Below, piece after piece: positions 20,730 to 31,147 of a stretch of 64,000 nucleotides of DNA. Each line of letters begins with the position of its first letter. Position 1 is the first letter of the stretch. Below the pieces are notes generated by a model that was given only the letters and a program-made list of their open reading frames with translations, had not been told where the DNA came from and did not search any database. Source of the DNA: an uncultured Pseudomonadota bacterium (lineage in GTDB: Bacteria; Oederibacteriota; Muellerivitia; Muellerivitales; Muellerivitaceae); contig CAWJKT010000004.1 of NCBI GenBank assembly GCA_963843375.1, positions 384,001 to 448,000 of the forward strand. The letters are read 5' to 3'. The position numbers and the translations under genes are program-made.

Positions 20730-21569
20730 GTTGGAATTTAATTCCGACTCCGCAAGTTTTTCTTTTGCTTTTTTCACCTATTTCTGCATCGTTATTTAAA
20801 CGGATGGCCTTTCGATAATAAATTCCGCTTCTTTTCTTTTGCCCAATTCGACTAGGGTGTCCCCGATTCCGCACAGGGCTTGACTATCCTTGGGGTTCTT
20901 GAGGCTGGCGATCAGAAGGTATTTCAGGCTCCCGAGCTAAGTCCTTTTGACGGAAAAAATAAGTGGCGATCGAATTATAGGTATGAAGAGATGGTTCGGG
21001 TAAAAGGTGATGGAAAGTTTGGCCAAGCGATGAGCTTCTTCATCCCCTTCTTCCGTATGGAAGATCGAAGTAATGGGAAATATAACCTTGTAAAGTGCTC
21101 TGGAATAAGCTTGGAAGAACGCTTGGGAATTTTTGTCCGTTGATCCACCGAAGGTTCTCCAACCCTTATCCGCCGATTAAGTGTTTGAGCCAAGAAGACC
21201 ATATTGATCCTCGAAATCGCCTAAGTCCTGATAAAGCTGGGCTAAGTCGAAATCAACATCCAAACGCCAGGGATCTTAACTGAAGAGCGCTTTTCCAATA
21301 GGGAAAGGGCTTGCATGCAATCGTTGTTCGTCGGCTCCGGTTAAGCCCTTTAGCATAAAAATAATGCCCGTAGGCCACCAGCAATTCCATGTTGTTGGGA
21401 TCGGAAGCGATTCCAATCGTCCAAGGTCTTTTTCCATTCCTGAAAAGTCTTTTTGATCCATTTGATCATAAAATCTTTCCCGGTAATCCGAGTGGGCGAT
21501 AGAGGGAAAGACAAATAAAATCAGCAGCGTATTCGAAATCAGGAGGCTTTTTGAGCGCAGGGAGGCCAT
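20720..21569 (-). pseudogene. secreted TPR-like protein broken by several indels (error or pseudogene)
   Basis: Signal peptide in 21276-21569 ORF; fragments such as NNMELLVAYG and YYRKAIRLN lie in different frames. Confidence 0.45.
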
Positions 21570-21573
21570 TGGA

Positions 21574-22223
21574 TCAAAATTTCCGGGGGGTCTTTAACCG
21601 CAAATGGAAGCCTACCCCATCACGGATGGGAAGCATCGATGAAGCGAAGTTCTTATCCTTCCAAAATAAATTCGTGTATTCCAAGATGGCCTTTGTCGTG
21701 GCATCGGGGTTGGGTTGGGCCACTTTGCCCGACCACAAAAGGTTATCGGTGATCACGATATTCCCCGGTTGGGCCCGCTTGGCAATGGCCCGGTATGCGT
21801 CCGGATAGCCATCTTTATCGATATCGCAATAATAGATGTCGAACTTTCCCGGGGTTTTGTTGAGACTTTCGATAGCCTCGCCGGTGTGAAAGCGGACTTT
21901 TTTTAGTAGAGACCAGCTTTTTTAAAGATAGTGATAAGCCAGCTTGGTGTTCTCGGGGTCGCCGTCGGTATGGTGAACGATTCCAGCCGGCGGGCAGGGC
22001 CAGAGCGAACCAAATGGTCGAATAGCCGAAGCCAGAACCCAATTCAAAAATTTTTTTGGCTTTGGAAAGAACCGTGAGCTGGTATAAAACCCGCCCCACC
22101 TCGCAATTGACGATGGGAAATTGCCTGGATTCCCCATAGGCCTGCATTTCCTTGAGGATAGGATGGTCGATTTGGCCTAGTTCGATAGAGATACTTCTTA
22201 ATGGGTTCGTGAAAGATGGCCAT
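21574..22223 (-). CDS. class I SAM-dependent O-methyltransferase (several indels)
   Basis: FPIV...VGR, IFELGSGFGYSTIW, ITDNLLWSGKV, LPIRDGV spread over frames. Confidence 0.8.
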
Positions 22224-22229
22224 GGTGGA

Positions 22230-22712
22230 TTAACCCCCGAAATCGCGAAATAGATAAAAAAAGTAAACCGTCCCGGAAACAATCACGACTAGATTAAAGA
22301 GGCTGGAAATGCCGTGGGCTTTGCCGAATTCCAGCGAAAGAGAGTCTGCTTTCGGTTGGTCCTTGGCTTCCTCCGCGGCTTGTCGCTGGATCCTAAGTTG
22401 CGATACCTTGGGTCCGATCCAGAGGCCCTGACCCAAGGAGAATAAGAGCATCAGGCATAATAAGGTTATTTTGGCACAGTCCTGAGGAACATAACTTTTC
22501 AGGGGATGGGTCAGGTGAAAGGTGACGACCAAAAGGGTTCCGCAGATGTAGCTGATCATGTAATAGACGGGGAAAAGGTGGCCTTGAACCTCTCCGAAGA
22601 GCGGGCGGGAGATGGTTTTGAATAGCACGGGAGCTTGGATAAAAGTGAAATAAAGCAGGGTCCCGTACCAGAAGGTGAAAGTGAAAAAATGAACGAAGCG
22701 CAAGACGGCCAT
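22230..22712 (-). CDS. DUF4149/TMEM205-like membrane protein
   Basis: APVLFK...FGEVQGHLFPVY, FGKAHGISSLFN. Confidence 0.85.
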   Translation of the reverse strand: MAVLRFVHFFTFTFWYGTLLYFTFIQAPVLFKTISRPLFGEVQGHLFPVYYMISYICGTLLVVTFHLTHPLKSYVPQDCAKITLLCLMLLFSLGQGLWIGPKVSQLRIQRQAAEEAKDQPKADSLSLEFGKAHGISSLFNLVVIVSGTVYFFYLFRDFGG

Positions 22713-22792
22713 AAATCCTCCCCGAAATAAGGCCCATTTTAGAGGCCTTTAACACCCGTTGCAACGAAGGCATCCCGTTATAATACGCCCCC

Positions 22793-23135
22793 ATGGAAAC
22801 CGTGAAGAAAGTAAAAATCCTATTTCCCAAAACAGGGGAGGCTTGCCAAGTAGACTATGACGACACCCTGGTCGATGCCACTTTCCGTTATGACCTCCCC
22901 ATCCGGTTACCGCTGTGAAAGGGCGGTTTGTACCACTTGTTTGGTGGAGGTTCTGGAGGGAAAGAAAATCTTTCGGAAGCGGAAGAACGGGAAAAGCAGA
23001 CCCTTACCGCTATTCGAGCGGAACCCCTCTGGCGTCTGGCCTGCCAGGTTTCAGTATATAGGGGATGTCAAAGCTGGACTATATCCCCATAACGGATCCC
23101 CGCCGCAAACCGAATTCAACCCAAGAATCGGATAA
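22793..23135 (+). CDS. 2Fe-2S ferredoxin (indels; end uncertain)
   Basis: Reconstructed METVKKVKILF...GYRCERAVCTTCLVEVLEG.ENLS..EERE....RLACQ. Confidence 0.75.
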
Positions 23136-23646
23136 GGTTTAAATTCTCGGTAATTGTTCTCATTAAATGTAGATATTCCTGAACGCCAGCCAGGATAGAT
23201 TTAACTTCTTCATCCGCAACTTGTCGAACAATTTTTCCGGGAACTCCCAATACTAAGGATCGAGAGGGAATTATGGCCCTTTCCAAAACCACAGCGCCGG
23301 CTCCGATAATGCATTCGTCCCCAATCACCGCACCAGTGAGGATAGTTGAGTTAATTCCAATCAGACAACGGTTGCCTATTGTGCAGGCATGCACGCAGGC
23401 CTTGTGGCCAACTACGCAGTCTTCCCCGATGATAGCGGGACAATGGGTGTCGGTGTGAAACACACAACCGTCCTGAATGTTGGTCCGGTTCCCAACTCGA
23501 ATACCCGCCATATCGCCCCGCAACACGGCCGAAGGCCAGAGGCTGACGTCATCGCCCAAAGTGACTTGGCCGATGACCGTTGCTGATTCGTGCAGGCGTA
23601 CGTTCTTCCCAAGGCTGGGTTTATGGTTTTGGTAAGGTTGGATCAT
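23116..23646 (-). CDS. gamma-carbonic-anhydrase family hexapeptide protein
   Basis: VLRGD, TNIQDG..FH, VGH...HAC, LVLGVPGK. Confidence 0.9.
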   Translation of the reverse strand: MIQPYQNHKPSLGKNVRLHESATVIGQVTLGDDVSLWPSAVLRGDMAGIRVGNRTNIQDGCVFHTDTHCPAIIGEDCVVGHKACVHACTIGNRCLIGINSTILTGAVIGDECIIGAGAVVLERAIIPSRSLVLGVPGKIVRQVADEEVKSILAGVQEYLHLMRTITENLNLIRFLG

Positions 23647-24078
23647 TCGCGAGATCTTTTCCCAGGAACATAAGTTACTTCGAGCTTAATTCTATCAGGG
23701 CCCTCAAAATAAACCGCGTAATAATTTTTGTGATACTCAGGGAAATGACGGGGACTATCGTAAAGAATTTTGATATTTCTTTTTTTAAGGAAATCGCGGC
23801 TGAATTTTCGGACGGATTCCCGGGAGGACGATACCAAAGGAAATGTGATTAAGACCAGGCGACTTGCGATGGAATTTTCTTTTGGCGTGTATTTTTTCCG
23901 ATTGAATAATCCAAAAATCGGTCGTTCCGTTACTTGCTCCGATATGTTCCGGACTTTCATCAATCATGCGGTAGCCCAGGTATGAAAAAAACGCCCTGTA
24001 AAAAGGTAGGGCTTTGCCGGAGTCGGATACGTTAATTTGAATGTGGTAAACCGACGTCGGGGGTGTTCCAGGGCTCAA
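23643..24078 (-). CDS. VOC/glyoxalase family protein (frameshift near 23835)
   Basis: HIQINVSD...FY, GLNHISF then YYAVYFEGPDRIKLE in another frame. Confidence 0.8.
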
Positions 24079-24527
24079 ATATTTTCCAGGACTTCTTGGA
24101 TATGGCCTTTCACGCTAACGGGAGACCAAAGCTTTTTCACCCTGCCGGTTTTGTCAATAATGAGTGTGGTTCGCACGATCCCCATGAATTCACGGCCCAT
24201 GAACTTTTTTTTCTGCCAGACGCCATAGTCCTTCAGCATTTTTTTGCTTTCATCGGATAAAAGCGTAAAGGGAAGTTTATATTTCTCCTTAAAGGATCCG
24301 TGTTTTTTGACCGGGTCGGCGCTGACACCCAGTACGACCGCTCCTTTTTTTTTCACCGTGTTCCAGTTGTCCCGGAAATCACAGGCTTCCTGAGTGCAGC
24401 CGGGTGTCATGTCTTTCGGGTAAAAATACAGAACAACCGTTTTTCCCTTGAAATCCGCAAGTGACACCTTTTGACCTTGGTCGTCGTCCAATGAAAAGAG
24501 AGGAGCTTTTTGGCCTTCCTTGATCAT
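24075..24527 (-). CDS. bcp: peroxiredoxin Bcp/PrxQ
   Basis: VLYFYPKDMTPGCTQEACDFRD. Confidence 0.93.
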   Translation of the reverse strand: MIKEGQKAPLFSLDDDQGQKVSLADFKGKTVVLYFYPKDMTPGCTQEACDFRDNWNTVKKKGAVVLGVSADPVKKHGSFKEKYKLPFTLLSDESKKMLKDYGVWQKKKFMGREFMGIVRTTLIIDKTGRVKKLWSPVSVKGHIQEVLENI

Positions 24528-24641
24528 GTTTCGTCTCCAATCGAAATTTAGTGTCGCCATCATTAGGGACGGTTCTTTTGAAAGCAAGCCTGGGAAAGGT
24601 TGGGTTATCCTTCAAAAAAGGTCATTTTCAAGGTAAAATTT

Positions 24642-24677
24642 GTGTAAAAATTGACACGAGTGAGACAAAAATGGCCT
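24642..24677. promoter_or_regulatory. tandem imperfect palindromes, candidate Fis-HTH regulator sites
   Basis: GTGTAAAAATTGACAC and GAGACAAAAATGGCCT, starts 20 bp apart, in divergent intergenic region. Confidence 0.35.
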
Positions 24678-24875
24678 ATTTTAAAAGTTCCTTGATTTTT
24701 CGTTTAACCCGAATTGCTCAAAATCACTTAAATTTTGGTGTTTTTTAAAAGTTTTGAATTTTTGCTGTAACCTTTAAGGTACAAGAGGTATATACTCAGC
24801 TGAACTGCTTTTAGCCAACAAGTCCTCATTTTTTCAACACAGCAAACGTAAGGCTAAAGCTCTTAAAAGGAGGGT

Positions 24876-25583
24876 GTGATGAACTTCTACTTCTCGTTAT
24901 TTCAACTCATTGAAACGGTAGAACGCTTGGAAAGGGATGTCCAACACTTGGCCAGCCGCGCTCTTCGGATCAGCCCCCGAGATGCTCGCGCCAACCGGGA
25001 GCTTTTGGATCAATGTGACAGCAAGATGGGAGAGGTCCGAGTTTTGCTCAACAACAAAACCCACATCAGCAAAATCACACTCCGCAAAGCCGCTATTCTT
25101 TTCCAACTTCTCGAGGTTTTTTATCACCGGGTCCTCCATTTGTCGGCCGCTACCTCGAACATCGGGCAGGATGACGAGAACTCGGTCAAGGCCGTTTGGC
25201 AGATGCTATCCCTGGCCCAAGGGCATTACCAGAATTTGGTGAAAACTCTTTTTGAACTCACTGGAATTCCCGTTACTCTCACCTTGAACGGCTCGCAAGA
25301 ACCATCCGTTCATGAACTTTCTGCCATTCTTCAAAAGGAGGGTTCTTATCAACTGGAGTCCTTGAAGCTTTTGGAAAAAGCGATTGAAGTTTTCGGTGAG
25401 GAACAGGAGTTGGCGGATCAGCTTACCCAAGTTCGTAAAGACTTGTTGGAAATCAAAAAACGAATGAAACATTTTTCAAACGGCCAACCAGTCGAAAAAC
25501 ACGATTTCTCAAAAGTGGAGAAGTCGATCGAAAAACCGGTTTCCCCGTTGCCGGTTTCAACCCCGACGCTTTCTAAAAATTAA
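24876..25583 (+). CDS. hypothetical helical protein
   Basis: 235 aa ORF with AGGAGG RBS. Confidence 0.7.
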   Translation: MMNFYFSLFQLIETVERLERDVQHLASRALRISPRDARANRELLDQCDSKMGEVRVLLNNKTHISKITLRKAAILFQLLEVFYHRVLHLSAATSNIGQDDENSVKAVWQMLSLAQGHYQNLVKTLFELTGIPVTLTLNGSQEPSVHELSAILQKEGSYQLESLKLLEKAIEVFGEEQELADQLTQVRKDLLEIKKRMKHFSNGQPVEKHDFSKVEKSIEKPVSPLPVSTPTLSKN

Positions 25584-25646
25584 GGGGCAACGACTCACCG
25601 TGTCATTAAAGTTTTCGTTGAATCCCTACGGGCCCTGCTCCGCCCC

Positions 25647-26933
25647 GTGAGCCCCCGGCGGTACCGGCCCCCGGCCCTTTACATGAAGGCGCCATTCCTC
25701 CAGGAAGTCTTGGATGGAATGGTGGAATCCGTAAAAATCATCGACAATCACTATCGCCTGGTCTACGCCAACGAAACCTCGCGAAAAAATCTCGGTCAAG
25801 AACTGAATGAATTAAGGGGCCGCTCCTGCCACCAAGCTTTCTACGGGTTCAACGAAAAATGTTTTTTCTGCAACATGGGAAAGGTTTTCGAGAGGGGTCA
25901 ATCGGTGACCAGCTATTGCACCATTGCCACTCGCGGAACCAACCGCGACTTCGAGGTTTCGGTCTTTCCGCTTTATGGGACTAATGGAAAAATAGATTAT
26001 GCGGTTGAAATCGTGCGGGATATCACAGCCCTCTCCAAGGGCGCGGCCCTTCCTCAAAAAGCGGGGAAAATATCAAGCCGGGATAAAGCTTTCGGCATGG
26101 TTTTCGAGAATATGGCCCAGTGGGCGGAGGATGAAAGACCCGTTCTCTTGCAGGGTGAAAAGGGGACAGGCAAAAAATCTTTCGCTCAAGCGCTGCACCA
26201 TCGAAGCCCACGCTCGGGAGGCCCTTTCAGGGTTTTTCACTGTGTAGACAACTCCATCGGTGACGGTTGGGAGGGACTTTTCGGCGAGGACGGTGCCTGG
26301 GAAAAAGCCAGGGGTGGAACCCTCTACCTGGACGGTATCTGCCACCTGGGGGAAACCACCCAGAAAAAATTATCTGAGAATCTTTCCAGACCAGCCGACG
26401 AAAACAATCCCCGGGTGGTGGCCGCCACCTCCAAAGATATTCTTACCCTTGTCCATCAGGAAACTATTCGTGTGGACCTTTACAACCGATTCGCTTCCCG
26501 GGTCCTTAGGCTTCCCGCTTTGCGGGAACGAAAGCAGGATTTGCCCTTCCTAGCCCAGCATTTCATCGAGACCTACAAAGTTTTCACGGGTTCACCCGCG
26601 GAGAAACTGGGGCCGGACGCATTATGCCAATTGATGACCTATGCCTGGCCCGGAAATATCCGGGAATTGGAAACCCAGATCGAACGAGCTTGTTTAATGG
26701 CCTCAGGCTCCCAAATCGACCGCCTGGACCTTCCGGTTTGCGCTCCAACGGTGGAAAAATTGGACGACCTATTAGGCAGTACGGAGAAGGCATATTTAGT
26801 GGATGCATTGACGAAAACCCGCGGAGTCCTGGGCCAAACGGCAAAACACTCGGGGTTAAGCCTGAAAACCCTTCAACGAAAGATGAAAAAGTACGGATTG
26901 AAGGCCGAGGACTTTCGGAGCTTTCCAGAATAA
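25647..26933 (+). CDS. PAS + degenerate AAA+ + Fis-HTH regulator (atypical enhancer-binding protein)
   Basis: PAS with C-x10-C-x2-C; GEKGTGK; WPGNIREL; TLQRKMKKYG; no GAFTGA loop. Confidence 0.85.
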   Translation: MSPRRYRPPALYMKAPFLQEVLDGMVESVKIIDNHYRLVYANETSRKNLGQELNELRGRSCHQAFYGFNEKCFFCNMGKVFERGQSVTSYCTIATRGTNRDFEVSVFPLYGTNGKIDYAVEIVRDITALSKGAALPQKAGKISSRDKAFGMVFENMAQWAEDERPVLLQGEKGTGKKSFAQALHHRSPRSGGPFRVFHCVDNSIGDGWEGLFGEDGAWEKARGGTLYLDGICHLGETTQKKLSENLSRPADENNPRVVAATSKDILTLVHQETIRVDLYNRFASRVLRLPALRERKQDLPFLAQHFIETYKVFTGSPAEKLGPDALCQLMTYAWPGNIRELETQIERACLMASGSQIDRLDLPVCAPTVEKLDDLLGSTEKAYLVDALTKTRGVLGQTAKHSGLSLKTLQRKMKKYGLKAEDFRSFPE

Positions 26934-27136
26934 ACTTCGCTTTTGATGGCGACCCTGGTTGTTGTAAAAAACCAAAACCGTTCTGCTCTTGCCAGGTTTT
27001 TAACTAATCCCCCTCGCAGATCTTGGTTCAAATTTCATAATATATCCTACATATTCTTGACGGCCTTTCGACAGCGTTTTAAACTGCCCACCGCATTAGC
27101 TATTTCACTTACAGGCCATTCACAAGGAGTTTTTCC

Positions 27137-28396
27137 GTGTCCTACACCTATCAAAATGTTCGGCCGCCCAAGGGCGAAAAAGTTTCAATTAAAAACGGGA
27201 TTTTACAAGTTCCTTACAATCCCATCCTTCCCTTCATTGAGGGGGACGGTACGGGGCCGGATATTTGGCGGGCTTCAGTGCGCGTTTTTGATGCGGCGGT
27301 AGAAAAGGCCTATGGGGGTAAGAAAAAAATTTCATGGTTTGAAGTTTATGCAGGGCAGACCGCTTTCGACAAATTCCAGACTTGGCTACCGGATGATACG
27401 GTGGAAGCTTTTAAGGAATATTTAGTTGGAATTAAAGGCCCCTTAACCACGCCGGTGGGAAAGGGCATTCGTTCGCTGAACGTGGCCTTGCGCCAAATGC
27501 TGGATCTTTATGTTTGCCTGCGTCCGGTCAGTTATTTTACGGGTGTTCCCTCACCCGTGAAGCATCCGGAGAAGGTGAATATGGTAATTTTCCGCGAAAA
27601 CACCGAGGACATTTACGCGGGTATTGAATGGCAAGAAGGAACCCCCGAAGCCAAAAAGGTTATCGAATGGCTTCAGAAAGAAATGGGAGTAAAGAAAATC
27701 CGCTTTCCCCAAACTTCCGGCATCGGTATCAAGCCCGTTTCCCAAGAAGGCACGTCGCGACTAGTTCGGGCGGCCATCTCCTATGCCATCAAGCAAAAGC
27801 GCAAAAGCGTCACCTTTGTCCATAAAGGCAACATTATGAAATTCACCGAGGGCGCTTTTCGTGACTGGGGTTATGAATTGGCCAAGAAAGAATTCGCGGC
27901 GGTGGAATTGGACGGCGGACCCTGGTGCAAAATCCCTGACGGCAAGCCGGGAGCCGGAATTGTCATCAAGGACGCGATCGCCGACATCACCCTCCAGCAG
28001 GTCTTGACCCGACCAGAGGATTTTGACGTCATTGCTACCCTAAACCTGAACGGTGACTATCTGTCTGATGCCCTGGCGGCCCAGGTGGGCGGCATCGGAA
28101 TCGCGCCGGGTGGAAACATCAATTATGTAACTGGCCATGCTATTTTCGAGGCTACCCACGGGACCGCGCCTAAATACGCCAACCTGGACAAAGTCAATCC
28201 AGGTTCGGTCGTCCTATCCGGCGTCATGATGTTGGAATATATGGGTTGGCTGGAGGCTTCCCGAATGATCATCAAATCCCTTGAGAAAACCATCAGCCAA
28301 AAGGTCGTTACTTACGATTTTGCCCGTTTAACTGAAGGGGCGAAGGAAGTGAAATGCTCCGAATTCGCCACCGCAGTAATAGGAAATATGGTTTAA
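27137..28396 (+). CDS. icd: NADP-dependent isocitrate dehydrogenase
   Basis: [51 protein letters not shown]. Confidence 0.97.
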   Translation: MSYTYQNVRPPKGEKVSIKNGILQVPYNPILPFIEGDGTGPDIWRASVRVFDAAVEKAYGGKKKISWFEVYAGQTAFDKFQTWLPDDTVEAFKEYLVGIKGPLTTPVGKGIRSLNVALRQMLDLYVCLRPVSYFTGVPSPVKHPEKVNMVIFRENTEDIYAGIEWQEGTPEAKKVIEWLQKEMGVKKIRFPQTSGIGIKPVSQEGTSRLVRAAISYAIKQKRKSVTFVHKGNIMKFTEGAFRDWGYELAKKEFAAVELDGGPWCKIPDGKPGAGIVIKDAIADITLQQVLTRPEDFDVIATLNLNGDYLSDALAAQVGGIGIAPGGNINYVTGHAIFEATHGTAPKYANLDKVNPGSVVLSGVMMLEYMGWLEASRMIIKSLEKTISQKVVTYDFARLTEGAKEVKCSEFATAVIGNMV

Positions 28397-28480
28397 ATCA
28401 GTAACTGGATTTGCAACTATTGTATTTAATTTAAGGGGAGGCCTTTAATTTCGAGGTCTTCCCTTATTTTTTAGGATCCC

Positions 28481-29110
28481 ATGAAACCCCGTCGCATTAT
28501 CCTCTTCGACCTGGATGGAACCCTCACTTATGGCATTTCCACGACCCGGTTTCTTTTTCGCCGGGCAGGGGATGAGGCTTTTTTCCGATTCCTTGAAAAA
28601 GAATGGCTGGAAGACCGGATGGATCATCTAAGTCTGGCCCAAAAAGTAACCCAACGGATGGTGGGCTGGAAAGTGTCTGATGTGGAACGAACCCTCCATT
28701 TGATCCCAAAGATGAAGGGTATCGGAGAGACGGTGAAGGCCCTGAAAAGCAGAGGCTATTACACGGCTTTGGCTACTCTTGGTTATGAATTGAGCGCCCG
28801 GTATTTCCAAAAACGTTACGGTTTTGATGAAGTGAGTGGAAGCACGATAGAAATCAAACGGGGTTCCATCACCGGCCGGAAACTAAAAATTTTCGAGGAG
28901 CATGAAAAGGCCCTTTACCTCATACGTTTAGCCAGAGCCCATCGCCTGCCCTTATCTAAAACGGTTGCGGTGGGCGACAGCCGGTCCGACCGGGAAGTAT
29001 TCAAGATAGCGGGTTTTCGAATCGCCTTGAATCAAGATGGTTTCCTAAAGAAAATCACGGATGTGGATTTGAAAGCACGGGATATCCGGGTTATCCTCAA
29101 GCACCTATGA
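28481..29110 (+). CDS. HAD-IB family phosphatase (SerB-like)
   Basis: FDLDGTL, K, AVGDSRSD motifs. Confidence 0.85.
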   Translation: MKPRRIILFDLDGTLTYGISTTRFLFRRAGDEAFFRFLEKEWLEDRMDHLSLAQKVTQRMVGWKVSDVERTLHLIPKMKGIGETVKALKSRGYYTALATLGYELSARYFQKRYGFDEVSGSTIEIKRGSITGRKLKIFEEHEKALYLIRLARAHRLPLSKTVAVGDSRSDREVFKIAGFRIALNQDGFLKKITDVDLKARDIRVILKHL

Positions 29111-29989
29111 GTTTCCGAAAAAACGGGATTCTCTTCATTCTCTTGAGTGATCTCTTCTTTGGTTTCCTACCAATCTGCGTCAAATGGGCCAACCATCAGG
29201 GTTATCCAGCCCTACAAGCCACTTTTTTTCGGTTCGGTTTCGCCCTGGCAGGAATCCTTTTTCTTGTCGCTTTGGGGTGGCAGAAGATCCTGGTTGTCAA
29301 CCGCAAAGCACTTTTTTGGCGGGGATTTTTTGGAGGCTGGAGCGTTTTCTTTTTTTTCATCACGCTGCAAACCACCACCGCTGCCAAAGCCACGCTTTTT
29401 AATTACACCTATTCCATTTGGGCAAACGTTTTTGACACGGTGGTTTTCCGGCGCCGGCCCCCGAAACATTTTTGGCCTACCCTTCTAATGGCCGCTGTTG
29501 GAGTTTGGCTAGTGCTGGGGATTCATTGGACAGGTTTTAAGTGGGGAGATGCTACCGGCATACTTTCCGGAGTGATGAGTGGGGCCGCAGTTTTGTCTAT
29601 CAAGGAAGCCCGGCGCACGGACAACGCCTTGAGCGTATTTACCAGTTTCTCCTTTTTCGGGTTCATTACCGCAGGTTTGTTCTTATGGTGGGGGCCCGCT
29701 TTGGGAATGGATGTATTGGCCGCTTGGCATGCGCTTGACTGTAGGGGATGGATTACACTTCTTTGCATGGGAATGATCGGGATGTCGGCTCAAGTCCTTT
29801 TTACCCATGGTTACGGCTATACCAGTTTGGCGGTCGGGAGCTCTTCTTTCACTTTTAGTTCCTGTCTTTACCACTTTGTTTGGACTGGCTTTTTTGGGTG
29901 AAGCTTTGACCCCACACTTTGTTCTGGGAACGTTGTTGATTCTAGGGGCTTGTGGGTTTTTAGTGCGGCCGGAAGAACCCCAAGTTTGA
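29107..29989 (+). CDS. EamA/DMT family transporter (frameshift near 29839)
   Basis: Multiple TMs; FFRF, LFWRG; C-terminus PVF...FLGE in another frame. Confidence 0.85.
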
Positions 29990-30161
29990 TCATAAAGGAT
30001 CGTTTTTCAAAAAAAGATGGCGAGCGTTTTACCTGAAATTTTAAGGTTAAGACAAACGATATCCGTTCAACGATTCGAATCCCGGGTCTGTATTTTTCAA
30101 AAGCCGGTGCTATGCTTTCTTATACCCAGAAAACTCTTCGGCTGCAACCAGGAGGATAAAG

Positions 30162-30593
30162 ATGAAAACCGGATGGATTGAAAAATTCCAAGCAGGCCGT
30201 GTGGAAGCGACTCTCAAGGCGGAATTTCGGCTGTTGACTCCGGCGGAGGCCAAGAAATTATTGACCGAGGAATCTTATGGGCAAACTACGGTAAACCAAC
30301 TATCCCAGCTTTCGGAGAGATCCTCCCTCTACCGGGCCATAAATAAAGATATTTTTCGAAGCCATCTGGTATTGCTTAGTCAAAGTCCCTTATCCCAAAG
30401 GGAAAGGGTGGAAATTGTTCTTCATCTTCCCCAGTATGAAACTCCCTTGAGACTTCTGGCTGAAGCGGTCCACGTGGAAATGACTTTGGAAATGGGAAGG
30501 AATCTTTTCCATGGTGATTTACTCTTTCTTGCAATCCACAAAAAAGATGTTGAGGCCTTGGCCCACAGTCTCATTGAAAGCCAAACCGTTTAA
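30162..30593 (+). CDS. degenerate PilZ-domain protein
   Basis: Clear paralogue of next gene but RxxxR and DxSxxG motifs are lost. Confidence 0.75.
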   Translation: MKTGWIEKFQAGRVEATLKAEFRLLTPAEAKKLLTEESYGQTTVNQLSQLSERSSLYRAINKDIFRSHLVLLSQSPLSQRERVEIVLHLPQYETPLRLLAEAVHVEMTLEMGRNLFHGDLLFLAIHKKDVEALAHSLIESQTV

Positions 30594-30694
30594 AAGTCCA
30601 TAAAATCATTCTGTTTCAATCCGCCCACTGATGAGCCTCCTTTTGGTATCCTAAAGACCGGAAGGAAGTTCCATTTTAAATCTCAGGGTGGCCC

Positions 30695-31147
30695 ATGGGT
30701 TCTAAATCGGGTTGGGTGGAGAAACGACGGCATGAGAGGGTTTTGGCGACATTGAAGATGGAATACCAGGTCGTGAGTGGTCCCGAGGCCAAGGCGCTTC
30801 TAGGCCACGAAAACTATAAACTCACCCAAAAAGAACACCTGCCTGAACTTTCTGAAAAGTCCTCCCTCTACCGCGCGGTCACCAAAGATATTTCTCTGGG
30901 AGGACTGTCTTTGGTAAGTCAGCAGCCTCTCCAAAAAGGAATGCTGCTGGAAATATCGCTGCATCTTCCCAATTATAAGACAAAATTGAAGTTCGTGGCC
31001 GAGATAGTGCATGTGGAAACCACAGTGGAAATGGGGCGCACCCTTTTTCACGCGGGAATCCATACCTTGGCCATCCATAAGGGTGACGTTGACCGCATTG
31101 GTGATTACCTTATTCAACAAAAGGAAACCGGCGGCTTGGCTCCTTGA
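30695..31147 (+). CDS. PilZ-domain c-di-GMP receptor
   Basis: EKRRHERV and DISLGG. Confidence 0.88.
   Translation: MGSKSGWVEKRRHERVLATLKMEYQVVSGPEAKALLGHENYKLTQKEHLPELSEKSSLYRAVTKDISLGGLSLVSQQPLQKGMLLEISLHLPNYKTKLKFVAEIVHVETTVEMGRTLFHAGIHTLAIHKGDVDRIGDYLIQQKETGGLAP

Noticed and set aside
24540..24620. Fluoride-riboswitch-like TAATGATG upstream of bcp
   Set aside because: 5' GGxGATG pseudoknot element absent
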